DNA from: Thermoproteota archaeon
GTDB taxonomy: Archaea; Thermoproteota; Thermoprotei_A; Sulfolobales; Ignisphaeraceae
Length of the DNA stretch: 64,000 bases
Reading direction: 5' to 3'
Assembly (NCBI GenBank): GCA_030550585.1
Contig: JAUQPB010000001.1
Span: 32,001-96,000, forward strand
Positions 40,989-50,467 of this stretch are shown here, in pieces. The notes under the pieces are model-generated. The model had not been told where the DNA came from and made no database searches. It saw only the letters and a list, made by a program, of their open reading frames with translations. Position 1 is the first letter of the stretch, and each line of letters begins with the position of its first letter. Made by a program: the position numbers and the translations under genes.

Positions 40989-41759
40989 ATGACGAGGAGA
41001 TTCTTTGAGGATATAGGCATTGCACTAAGTTTTGATGAGGATAAGGGGTTCTATCATTTCCTAGATCCAAGAACAAAGCTATTCTACATAATTTCAACAG
41101 CTATCGTTACCATGATTATGAATAATGTTCCCAAGTTAGTGGTTGTGGTTCTAGTCAACATTGTCATTGCGATGCTTTATAGGGGTTTTCTAACAAAGCT
41201 TGCTAGTTTCATAAAAGGTTTGACACCCTTTATAATCGCTATAATAGGTCTGAACATAGCATTGTCGGTTCTGTTTGCGGAAACAGTTGATTGGGTGGAA
41301 ATCCTAGAGACACAGGCAAGAGCTTTTATGCGTATAGTTGCAATAGCAATCCCCATACTCATACTAATAGCCACCACAACACCATCAGATCTCATTCAAG
41401 GGCTTGCAAAAATGGGCATTAGATACACATATCTATACCCTTTCATAGTGGCTTACAGGTTCATCCCATTGATATTCACAGAAATGAAGAACATATACGA
41501 TGCCCAGAGATCTAGGGGACTAGAACTAGAGAAGGGTGGTATTAGACAAAAGGTGAAGTCACTCACACCAATACTAATACCAACTACTATATGCTCGCTT
41601 CTCAGAGCAAAGGATTTGGCAGAGGCCCTCGAAATCAAAGGGTTTGGATATAGCACAAGGAGAAGTTTTTACAAAAGCCTTAGAATGGGGAAAAGAGACT
41701 ATGTGTTCATGGCAATAATCACAGCTGCATACATCATCGTGACGATATTATACCCCTAA
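40989..41759 (+). CDS. ecfT: ECF transporter T component
   Basis: LDPRTK, RFIP, AQRSRG, ALEIKGF. Confidence 0.93.
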   Translation: MTRRFFEDIGIALSFDEDKGFYHFLDPRTKLFYIISTAIVTMIMNNVPKLVVVVLVNIVIAMLYRGFLTKLASFIKGLTPFIIAIIGLNIALSVLFAETVDWVEILETQARAFMRIVAIAIPILILIATTTPSDLIQGLAKMGIRYTYLYPFIVAYRFIPLIFTEMKNIYDAQRSRGLELEKGGIRQKVKSLTPILIPTTICSLLRAKDLAEALEIKGFGYSTRRSFYKSLRMGKRDYVFMAIITAAYIIVTILYP

Positions 41760-41856
41760 ATTCGCTTCCAACAGGATTGTATTCTCTTTTATTCTTCTCC
41801 TTACACAATAAAACAAATAGATGTTATTGAAAATGCGCTATCCCAAGCCCTTTGAT

Positions 41857-42771
41857 TCAAATTTTCGAAGACATATCGACTTGCCTTTCTCTGATCCTCT
41901 GCCTTCTAGCGACTAGAATGACTATTGCTATCAGAAGAGCTGCTGAAATTGCTCCAAGGGTGTAGTTTAGTGCTTTACTGAGTGCCAGTTCATTTGATAT
42001 GGCATTGCATTTTGTTTGGAGGTCGCTGTAGCTTGATTGTAGTTCGTTATATTTTTTGGATAGATTGCTATATTCTCTATTGAGATATTCGTAGTTGGAA
42101 GAGAGTTTGGTGTAATTCGATTGAAGATTTGTGTACCCGCTCGCAAGCTTGTTGTACTTATCCTCTAGGGTGCTATACATTGATTTTAGATTGTTGTAAT
42201 CAGAGATTAGGTTCCTGTACTTTGAAAGTGTTTCGTTGTATTCTAATGCCAATCTACTATAGCTTTGTTGTAGAGATTGGTAGCTCTCTAGAAGATTTGT
42301 TAGATATGCAACATTGAAGCAGCTTCTATGCGTGTAGCTCCTCTGGATGAGCAGTTCGTAGTGAGACCAGCTCAGATAGACACAGCCGTAGATTAGACTG
42401 GGGTCCACGTCCGATGGTATTGAAATGCTGTACGTCTCATCTCTCACAACACCGGAAGATAGATCGATACCCTGCAGGTGGTACCAGCCATAGCTCCACG
42501 AGCCATATCCATAGTTTCTAGAGCCTCTCAATTCCAGATAGACTGTAACACTATATAGATTCTCGAGAGCCTCCACCCTAACCCTAACAACAATATTTCC
42601 ACCAGCCCTCGCCTGATAGGGTGCATAAACTTGTATACGCAGACCCTCATATTCATAGCTGTACACAAGCCTAGACTCAGACAAAACATCTGGCACTACA
42701 GCAAATACCGATACAAACAATGTTAGCAGTATCGCCAAAGCCGATGAAAACGGTCCTCTCATGAAAAACAC
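41857..42771 (-). CDS. Secreted/membrane-anchored protein with long Tyr/Leu heptad coiled coil
   Basis: Signal peptide, beta domain, many consecutive YxxLxxx heptads, C-terminal TM and basic tail. Confidence 0.8.
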   Translation of the reverse strand: MFFMRGPFSSALAILLTLFVSVFAVVPDVLSESRLVYSYEYEGLRIQVYAPYQARAGGNIVVRVRVEALENLYSVTVYLELRGSRNYGYGSWSYGWYHLQGIDLSSGVVRDETYSISIPSDVDPSLIYGCVYLSWSHYELLIQRSYTHRSCFNVAYLTNLLESYQSLQQSYSRLALEYNETLSKYRNLISDYNNLKSMYSTLEDKYNKLASGYTNLQSNYTKLSSNYEYLNREYSNLSKKYNELQSSYSDLQTKCNAISNELALSKALNYTLGAISAALLIAIVILVARRQRIRERQVDMSSKI

Positions 42772-43293
42772 CTAATGTAGCGTATTAGACCCAAACTTAA
42801 AAACATTAATCAAATCAACTCGACCAGCTAACACCCCCAACTTCCTCAAAGCCAAATTTTAAATCTTATAGGCTTTTTGATCCTAGAAAATAGAACTCCA
42901 GACATTTCATCTCTTTCCATTATCTGCTACTAAACCCTTAAAAACTTTCATCTGCTCATCGCATAATCTATGGAAGTCTTTGGCGGAGACAAGCTCCCGT
43001 AGGTGTTGAATTAAATTATCACAGCCTTAACCCGCACCAGATTACAAGATTCAGATATTGATTGATCGAGATGCGTGGATGTAGTTGTTAGGAACGAAGC
43101 TTGGAGAATGTGCCGAGTGCTTTCAAAGCATTTGCGAATTAAATGACTTTTGTGGTTTGATAGAGAAAGATCTTGTTCAAAGTCTTGTTCTCTACATCAT
43201 GGAGAAGGGCAGAAATATAGGAGTTGGTAGCAGAAGGTCTGTGTTGCTGTATAACTATGTGCATAGATGCTGTAGACTCTTTAATGAGACTCT

Positions 43294-43670
43294 CTACTTT
43301 GCAGAGATTATCTTCTTTGTTTCTATCACAATCTTCTCTATGTATGGTAGCCTTGCTCTAACGTCTTCGGTGTCGAGTTTTGCTTCGTGGAAGCCTATAC
43401 GTGAAGCGCCCATGCATGGTTCCAGGAGCTCAGTATCCACTCCCCGATTTTCTGAGCAGCCCTTAGAACAGCCTTCTCCAGCTCTGTCACAGTCCATCTA
43501 CCCCTCTCCTCAGCTTCTGCAACTATTTCCTCAAGGTTTAGATATAGGGCTAGGGCCTTTACACACTCCTCAGCAGCCTTGTAGAGCTTCTCACCCGCTT
43601 GAACAGGATCTCCATCAATTAAATTCCTACCCTCTTCAAGATGCTTTTCCGCCAGCGTAATATGCGCCAC
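43294..43670 (-). pseudogene. PaREP1 family pseudogene (frameshift near 43395)
   Basis: GDPVQAGEKLYKAAEECVKAL...GRWT...AWALHV* continues in another frame as GFHEAKLD.EDV. Confidence 0.85.
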
Positions 43671-44053
43671 AACCTGAGAACATTCAAAAGCCCTTTTGGA
43701 TCCGTAACCACCATCTACAACACCTCAAAAACTTCCGCAATTTAGCCTTTAAATTTTAGAGACTTTATGTTAAATGATCATAAAACGCCTTGCTTCGAAG
43801 GACGAGGCTTTCAGTTGCAAGAGTATGTCCTATGATTGATGAAGTTCATTGAATTCAATGGAATAGATGCAAAGAGCAAACAGTAAAAAGCTATATTAAA
43901 AAGAAAAGCTGTATGTAGCACTGCATTGATGAGCCCATAGCTGAAGCAGATCATCGAATATTTGTGTATAACTTTATTGACTTCCGCGATTGAAGTATTC
44001 TGAGGTTGGCTGATAGTGTTTTGGAGAAGCCTTGATCTTGTATCGTATTTTTG

Positions 44054-44449
44054 CTACTGCTCGGAGATTTCGATCCATGTTTTTCCCCTTCTAACATATC
44101 TTCTCCTCACATCTTCATAGATTTTCATTACCATTGTGTAAAACTCTTTGTCTGCGTATAGGACAGCACCTTCATCTAGTATTTCGAGTAGAAATGTGCT
44201 GCCAGCTCTAATTTTCTTGAGGAACACCTCTGTGTTGAAGCCTATGGGGTTGACGCTAGGATACCTAGCGTCTCGCAACATTGAGAACGCTTCTCTAGGG
44301 TCTTTCGGGAGGTCATCCGCAACAACCAAAATATCAATATCGCTTTCATCTGTGTAGTCCCCCCTCGCCCTAGAGCCAAAGAGTATAACAAGTTTTAGCA
44401 AAAACCTATTTCTATAGCTTTCAACCAGGCTCTTCAAATCATCTAACAA
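44054..44449 (-). CDS. MNT minimal nucleotidyltransferase (antitoxin)
   Basis: LFGSRARGDY..SDIDILVV. Confidence 0.92.
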   Translation of the reverse strand: MLDDLKSLVESYRNRFLLKLVILFGSRARGDYTDESDIDILVVADDLPKDPREAFSMLRDARYPSVNPIGFNTEVFLKKIRAGSTFLLEILDEGAVLYADKEFYTMVMKIYEDVRRRYVRRGKTWIEISEQ

Positions 44450-44822
44450 TGCTTTTCACCCACTCTACAATCCTCTTAGCACATTCCAAACATCTATCGG
44501 CATCTTCTCTAGAGTAGTAGTCTAGAGGAGCACCCTCATCATATACATCCGGGTATCTAGTGGGGATATAGTGTTTATCCAACTCCAAAATGCATCTCCT
44601 CACATCCTCTGGCACCTCAACAGAAACCTCAGAAACTAGGTAGAGGAGCGAGTGGCCTCTCCTCTCCCTATGAAAATAGTTTAGAAGAGCCTTAACAGCC
44701 TTCTCAGCAGCCTGGTGAGACTCGAAACATGCCTCCTCATATAAACCCTCACTGTAGTTAATATGCGCAGAACTCAAATTTCTCTCAGATTGTCTTAGCC
44801 AGTCCCTATATCTAGAAACCAA
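44439..44822 (-). CDS. HEPN domain protein (toxin partner)
   Basis: ACFESHQAAEKAVKA, GHSL, LDKHYIPTRYPD; overlaps the MNT gene. Confidence 0.92.
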   Translation of the reverse strand: MVSRYRDWLRQSERNLSSAHINYSEGLYEEACFESHQAAEKAVKALLNYFHRERRGHSLLYLVSEVSVEVPEDVRRCILELDKHYIPTRYPDVYDEGAPLDYYSREDADRCLECAKRIVEWVKSIVR

Positions 44823-45455
44823 TGACCATCACCACAAAAGCTTTCAAAAACATTAAAACCCCGCTATAGCTTCTCACCCCAAATAGCAAACATTTGTATT
44901 CTCTACCTTCATTTTATATTCTCCCTAGTCCTTACCACGATTCAGCCAAGGATTTTGAAAAACTAAGATTACACACTATATTCATTGACTTAAAGGCTTA
45001 TAAAACCTTATAACCTTGAATAAGCTAGAACAGCCATAAAACATATCCACTATTCCAGCCCCTCACACTATTACTAGGCATCAACACTACACATCAATAT
45101 TTTAGACATTCTCTGTAATTTGTCAGTAATGTTTTACAGATACACTAAAATCAATGAGATTTAACATCTTTCTAATGGCAATGCCTTAGAGAAAAGCTAT
45201 GTAAAAAGAATGAGGTGAGATAATTTGGGGGAGAGTATAAAGATTTTGTGAAGGTGCTTGGATGTAGGGGTGGGGAGATAAATTTGTAACATGTTTTATG
45301 CTGAAGGAGGTTGTGTATTGGCAGCTCTCTCAGAAGTTGCTGTCTCTAGCTAAAGTCTATTTATAGAGAAGGCTATACTCAACTGAAGTTTGAATTTTTA
45401 ATTTACGTAGGGGAGATGATTAAGGTTTAAACAATTTAGCTTATATTATGCCACG

Positions 45456-46079
45456 TTAATTATTTTGGCGCTGTTTTCTCTTCAGAAGCGTTATAATTGT
45501 GATTGCTATGATTGTTGCTGTTAGAGAGAATATGCCTGCGAGTAAAGCTGTTGCTAGATATGATTCACTGAAATCTCTTGCCAGACCCCCTATTAGTGAT
45601 CCAGTAATAGATGCCAGCATTACAGCTGATGTTTGTATGCCAAGCAACCTCCCCATGTTCTCTCTACCAAAAAGTGTTGGTATGAGAAGCATGTGGACGA
45701 CAGGCTCCCCTCCAAATGCTAGAAATCTAAGCCACAACATTGTGATGACTGGGTACACGCCATATCCAGTAAGGCTTAGAGCTAGGAAAACTGTAGCTGT
45801 CTCTAGAGAATATAGAAGGGGGAGTGCTGTAAAAATACCCAATCACATAGTAGCAAACCCCCATGCAAAGGCCCCCAAACTCTGTAAAATACCAGATATG
45901 CTCATGACAAGTGGTACATAAACTTCATTTGCCACCTCTACATCTACACCAGAAGCAATACAAAAATCTGCTATTATAGGGGCTAGGAACTGCATAAGCA
46001 TGGTCGAGGAGGTGGCTATGAGGAATATAGGTATAAGCGTCATTATAAAAGATCCTTTTGCTACTGTTCTAGCTTTCAT
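45456..46079 (-). pseudogene. 5'-truncated MFS transporter pseudogene, paralog of 5369-6609, with an in-frame TGA at 45843-45845
   Basis: QFLAPI.DFC, WLRFLAFGGEPV.HMLLIP.LFG..NMG.LLGIQTS shared with the first copy. Confidence 0.85.
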
Positions 46080-46089
46080 GAGAGTTCAT

Positions 46090-46380
46090 GTTGGTTGATA
46101 TCAATTTTGCTTAGTCACCTTGGTGTCACTAGATATGTAGATACTGTGTGCCTGTTTAGCCCTCTTGTTTTCATAACTCTCTTGCACTCGTCTGAATTAG
46201 ATGCACCCTTTAGATTTACAAGCACCACACGTAGTCCTTCTTCAAGCTCTTTAGCACTCTGTGTGGCACAAGTTGTCTCTTAGCGAATTTGCTTATCCTC
46301 CTGATTAACCGTAGGATCCTTAGCGAATTTGAAGAGATTCCCAAATAATGCATGAGTTGCCACAAGCTTTCTCAATACTA
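46090..46380 (-). mobile_element. Degenerate IS200/IS605 TnpB-like C-terminal remnant
   Basis: Manual translation across frameshifts: RRISKFAKRQLVPH ... GLRVVLVNLKGASNSDECKRVMKTRGLNRHTVSTYLV, resembling the archaeal TnpB-related V.LVnPkGTs...GLDRHtASAY end. Confidence 0.6.
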
Positions 46381-46554
46381 ATTATATGGGATGGTTGTAG
46401 CACAATCATGATGGCCTTCAGTCTATAAAGTAGGACTCCTATGAAGTAGGACTGTTATTCATGATAAAACATTTTAAAATACTTCAGGCTATATGATTTA
46501 AGCACAATCGCAAATGTACTTTACATATACCCAGCCTACTTGCATATCGCAGTA

Positions 46555-46921
46555 TTCTACCCCCTTCCTCCGCATGTAAAGTAGGGACATGCAATACCAC
46601 AAGCTGCTAGAATGCCGAATATTGCTATTACTATTATAATAAGCACTACAATTACTACGGGATATATAGCTTTCTTGAGGTTCTACGGGCAATACCATAT
46701 GTAATCGTAGATGCGATTGCAACACTTATTATGATGAGAAGTGGTGTGGCCTCAAATATTGTTGCATTGCCAGATTTCTCCACATTGACAAGCAGGCTTG
46801 GAGTACTGTGTGTTGCAATGGAGTACAGTGCAATGCCTATAAGAAATATTGTATTAATCAGTAACGTTAATACTATGACTAGTACTGCTAAGGCAATGTA
46901 TCGCACAACACTGTGGTTCAT
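46555..46921 (-). pseudogene. Small membrane protein, apparently frameshifted near 46660
   Basis: 88-aa 2-TM ORF (46655-46921). Another frame continues with a third TM and Cys tail: PVVIVVLIIIVIAIFGILAACGIACPYFTCGGRG*. Confidence 0.45.
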
Positions 46922-47341
46922 AGTTTCTAACCCCCTATTACATAGTATGGGTTGGGACGGTTTTCAACTTTTATCACCATGATAAATTTTAGAGTAATAC
47001 AATAGAAGTTATGCTTAGAACATGCACACTAGTTCATTAAAAGCACGAACTTATGTATGATATTGTCTAAAAGATGAAATGGGCAAGCAAAGAAAAGATA
47101 GTTTCTGAAGATATCTTGTTGATTTATTCAGAAGTGGGTGTGAATATGACACCAAAACTCTTAGATGACTCACCACGTAATTGTTTTACACTTAGCTTTA
47201 AACATGATGTTGTAGGAATGCATAACAGAATATAATTATTCTTACATTGGTTAATATCTTTTTGCAATGTGGATAAAAAGGGAAATAAAGGAGGTGCTAA
47301 TGGAGATACAACACATAAGATTACTTTGTTTCACATGTCTT

Positions 47342-48016
47342 TTAGGCAGTGGATCGGGTTATTGTCTGCTTTGTTGCTCTATAGCGCAACTCATCTGTAT
47401 GAAGTACGCTTGTGTTTGGAATTTCTTTGTGGAATAGCTCTATAAGGCGATTTTCTCTACTTGTTATAATTACTGCGCTATAGTTTTTGATATTCTTCAC
47501 AATGTCTGCAAGAAGTGGGAGGCCCTCGTCATCTAGCCCCACAGTGGGATCGTCTATTGCTATAAACCGCACCTTCTTCTTTACCACAATTGCTGTAGAT
47601 AGCTGTAGACGCCTCCTCTGGCCTTGGCTAAGCTTGGCTATAAGCACCTTTCTTGGTATATCAACAATAGCCAGAGCCTCTTCCACAGATTCGCTATCAG
47701 CCTTGTAGAGCAGTGCTATAGTCTTGACATAATCTTCAGCTGTTATACTTACTGGTAGTGTTGTGGTCTCTGGAACTAGGTAAATAAAGCTTGCTGTTCT
47801 ACTAGGTTCACCTCCACAGCAGATTATTCGCCCCTGCAAGGGCTTTCGAAGCCCAGTAAGCGTCTTGAGAAGAGTTGTCTTACCAGATCCGTTGGGTCCA
47901 AATACTATGAGCACATCACCTAGCCGCAACCTAAGGTTGAGGGGGCCAAGGAGCGGATTACCTGGATATCCTACTACAAGTCCCTGAGTCTCAAGCACAT
48001 AGCCATCTTTCACCAT
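47342..48016 (-). CDS. ABC ATPase (divergent exporter type)
   Basis: GPNGSGKT, LSQGQRRR, IAIDDPTVGLD. Confidence 0.9.
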   Translation of the reverse strand: MVKDGYVLETQGLVVGYPGNPLLGPLNLRLRLGDVLIVFGPNGSGKTTLLKTLTGLRKPLQGRIICCGGEPSRTASFIYLVPETTTLPVSITAEDYVKTIALLYKADSESVEEALAIVDIPRKVLIAKLSQGQRRRLQLSTAIVVKKKVRFIAIDDPTVGLDDEGLPLLADIVKNIKNYSAVIITSRENRLIELFHKEIPNTSVLHTDELRYRATKQTITRSTA

Positions 48017-48483
48017 ATCTTTCCCCTCATGTCAATAGATTGATTAAATGCCCCTATAAAATCTGCTAGAGATAATACAACCATGACAAGGTAGAGCATA
48101 ATATAGATTGTATTTCTTGATATGAATATTACAGGGAATGCTAAGATCGAGGGTATTATGAGGCTCCAGACTGCGGAGCACAACAGCAATGATGTATCTG
48201 TACAATCAACCTCTACTACAATCCTCATACCCTGCCAGTACACAGCAACTTCCTTGTTCTTAAGAGGTACCAGATGACCAACTTCGTGTAGAAATAGTAA
48301 TATGAAACCAAAGCTAACATATAGCATGGCATCAATGGCTTTCCATACTGTACAATACCTCAATACTGTGAGACATGGTAGCACAACTATAATTACGGCA
48401 ATCACATAGAGAAGTAGCAGTCTCGGGTCTACGCGCCTTATAAGAAGGAGAAGGTTAGAAATAATTGACTTCATCATCACCAC
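48010..48483 (-). CDS. Small membrane protein with HExxH (M50/zincin-like)
   Basis: About 4 TMs with FLHEVGH inside a TM. Confidence 0.6.
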   Translation of the reverse strand: MVMMKSIISNLLLLIRRVDPRLLLLYVIAVIIVVLPCLTVLRYCTVWKAIDAMLYVSFGFILLFLHEVGHLVPLKNKEVAVYWQGMRIVVEVDCTDTSLLLCSAVWSLIIPSILAFPVIFISRNTIYIMLYLVMVVLSLADFIGAFNQSIDMRGKIW

Positions 48484-49706
48484 CTCTTTGCATGGAACGT
48501 ATATAGCTGAGGAATGAGGCCTTTGGCTATGGCTATGAGGTAAACCGCAAGGACTGGGGCTAGAGAGGCTATGGCTAAGGTCGTGAGAGATAGGTTGTAG
48601 CGTATAACAAGCTGTTCATACACAAACATCAGTGCTATGTAGATGAGTATGAGCCTCGAATAAGTGTCTTTGTTCTCTGGGTCGACAAGACTAATAATTG
48701 CTGCTTTTACCGAGGCCGCGATAACTGCTTCAAGGTTTGAGAGAGATCCGATACCAGCTATAACAAAGGATGCAAATGCAGCTATGAGAACTGCTGTGCC
48801 ATAGAGCATCGACACCACTATGTTTATTGCAACAATCAATGCTCCGTAAAGTCCACGAATATAGGGTGCAAAATGCGCTTCAATGAAGCGTGTGGCTGCA
48901 AAAGGCAGGGACTCTAGAAGCCTCAATAATAATTGAAGGGCTGACCACAGCGAGGCAATAGCGTAGATCTCAAAATGCTTTGCCGGATCTAAGGGGCCGA
49001 CAATGGCAACAGAAGTAGATAATGGGCTGGCGAAGAGCCGGATCTGGTCTTTGGGAATAATATATGCAAGGACTAGCGACGAAAGGAGAACCGGCCCTAT
49101 AAGAAGGGCTACGAAAACCGGGTGCTGGATAGCTATAGGCACTTTGCCTATTGTTAACAGCTTAACCTTTGGTATTCTTGCAAGCGCATAGACTATTTCT
49201 CCCCCAATCGAAAGTATTATGAAGGCTGTGGCTGTGTATGCATCAAATGCATAGACAACTAGACCTGCTATCACGCCGTAGAGTGGGCGAACAAGAAGAG
49301 TTAGATAGGCTATCGAAAAGAAGAATAAGACTATCACAGCTTTTGCAGGTTCTAGCACCCCTATGTAAACTGCTACAGCAGCTGGAACTAGAAACACCAA
49401 TGTATTCAGCAATACAGAGGGTATCAGAAGCTTCCTAGCCACCAGAAGATGCTCAACTCCAAGAACATGAAGTGGATTAGCAGACAGTGCCAACATCACA
49501 GCTAAAAGAGTGTAGTAGAGGAGAAATAGTATGTGGATACAATCCCCTAGTACTGCCATAGGAAGTAAAAGTAGGAAGCTGCTGAATCGAAGTAGCAAAA
49601 AGGTGAAAAAGATTGTTAAGGCTACAATCATAAGCCAGCTTGGCCTCTTAATGTACGCCTTGAGCAATACTTTCATAAGAGATATCTGGTGGATCTGGTG
49701 GTGCAT
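48477..49706 (-). CDS. Polytopic membrane protein, putative ABC permease
   Basis: About 12 hydrophobic segments; overlap-coupled with the two downstream genes. Confidence 0.7.
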   Translation of the reverse strand: MHHQIHQISLMKVLLKAYIKRPSWLMIVALTIFFTFLLLRFSSFLLLLPMAVLGDCIHILFLLYYTLLAVMLALSANPLHVLGVEHLLVARKLLIPSVLLNTLVFLVPAAVAVYIGVLEPAKAVIVLFFFSIAYLTLLVRPLYGVIAGLVVYAFDAYTATAFIILSIGGEIVYALARIPKVKLLTIGKVPIAIQHPVFVALLIGPVLLSSLVLAYIIPKDQIRLFASPLSTSVAIVGPLDPAKHFEIYAIASLWSALQLLLRLLESLPFAATRFIEAHFAPYIRGLYGALIVAINIVVSMLYGTAVLIAAFASFVIAGIGSLSNLEAVIAASVKAAIISLVDPENKDTYSRLILIYIALMFVYEQLVIRYNLSLTTLAIASLAPVLAVYLIAIAKGLIPQLYTFHAKRW

Positions 49707-49790
49707 AGCAGCGCACCAAGGAAATATTGAAAGGGGCGTGGATTAATACCTTATCTACTTACCGCCTCTATGAGTTGCTCTATGTTCTCT

Positions 49791-49940
49791 CTATTCAGCA
49801 GTAGTGTAGACAACTACAACCACCTCTTTTCCATGCAGGTGCCCCATCTTCTCGGCAACGCTCTTAGGGATGTAGATGCCTAGAGACCTCCCTCTACCAA
49901 GCTTCGAGATAGTAGCCCTAAACACATAGACCTCAGACAT
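49791..49940 (-). CDS. Small AbrB/MazE-like DNA-binding protein
   Basis: 49 aa MSEVYVFRATISKLGRGRSLGIYIPKSVAEKMGHLHGKEVVVVV; swapped-hairpin pattern; GGAAG upstream. Confidence 0.7.
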   Translation of the reverse strand: MSEVYVFRATISKLGRGRSLGIYIPKSVAEKMGHLHGKEVVVVVYTTAE

Positions 49941-49969
49941 CTTCCGTCTCCAATACAGGTAAGAGACAG

Positions 49970-49988
49970 AAAAACTTATAAGCTTTTC
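49970..49988. promoter_or_regulatory. Palindromic BRE/TATA, probably bidirectional (AbrB-like gene and ncRNA)
   Basis: gaaaacttataagcttttc with palindromic core CTTATAAG, about 25-35 bp from both putative starts. Confidence 0.45.
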
Positions 49989-50005
49989 AGTTACATGTTT
50001 ATATC

Positions 50006-50185
50006 GAGAGCGACACAAGGAACTCGATGAGCAGTTGCGAGAGGGAGGAAGTCGCTCAATGAGGCTCTGTGTTCGCCCGAGGGAGGCAGGCTCCCGAAGG
50101 GCGGGCACAAAAGCCAGACAGGGGGTGATGAGGCGAGCGGAGATATCAACCATCATGAACCGCTATGAAACCAGAACCCCTAACC
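50006..50185 (+). ncRNA. Three-hairpin K-turn/ACA RNA, H/ACA guide-like (HgcG/Pab40-like)
   Basis: GC-rich island. Hairpin 1 GAGCGAC/GTCGCTC with K-turn CTC-GAT-GA-GC..GC-GA-GAG. Hairpin 2 TGTGTTCGCCC/GGGCGGGCACA followed by ACA (50118). Hairpin 3 GGGGT/ACCCC with AGCGG/CCGCT. Confidence 0.65.
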
Positions 50186-50467
50186 TAGTTACCTCAAACA
50201 CTTGATGCCAAAACATGTTCTCTAGAACTACATGGATATCTATTTGCTAAACAAAAGACGTTCAAATAGATGATCATTCAAGGTCCAGTGTCTAGACTAA
50301 AACCGTCACAAGAAACAAGTTTAGGATTGGTACAAAAATTGGGTATAGAATCTGAGGCAGGCTAAAACTATGTTATTAGCTGTTATTGCATTGGTGCTAG
50401 GTGTATTTAGTCCTAGACACTACGATACTACTATATATGCATAGAGAGGTGTCTACCCATCCTTTCT

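Noticed and set aside
43085-43660. 191-aa plus-strand ORF
   Set aside because: Antisense shadow of the PaREP1 pseudogene; no motifs.
43830-43950. TGATGA...CTGA motifs
   Set aside because: Spacing is too short and there is no complete four-box architecture.
44830-45450. Long AT-rich intergenic stretch examined for a CRISPR array or replication origin
   Set aside because: No periodic repeats or ORB-like boxes were seen by eye.
50040-50110. Possible RNase P or SRP RNA (GAGGAAGT, GGCAGG..GAAGG)
   Set aside because: Too short, and lacks the RNase P P4 partner and the SRP helix 8 AGCA/Alu features.
49941-50156. N-terminal extension of ORF 49791-50156
   Set aside because: It overlaps the structured RNA and promoter; the credible protein starts at ATG 49940.
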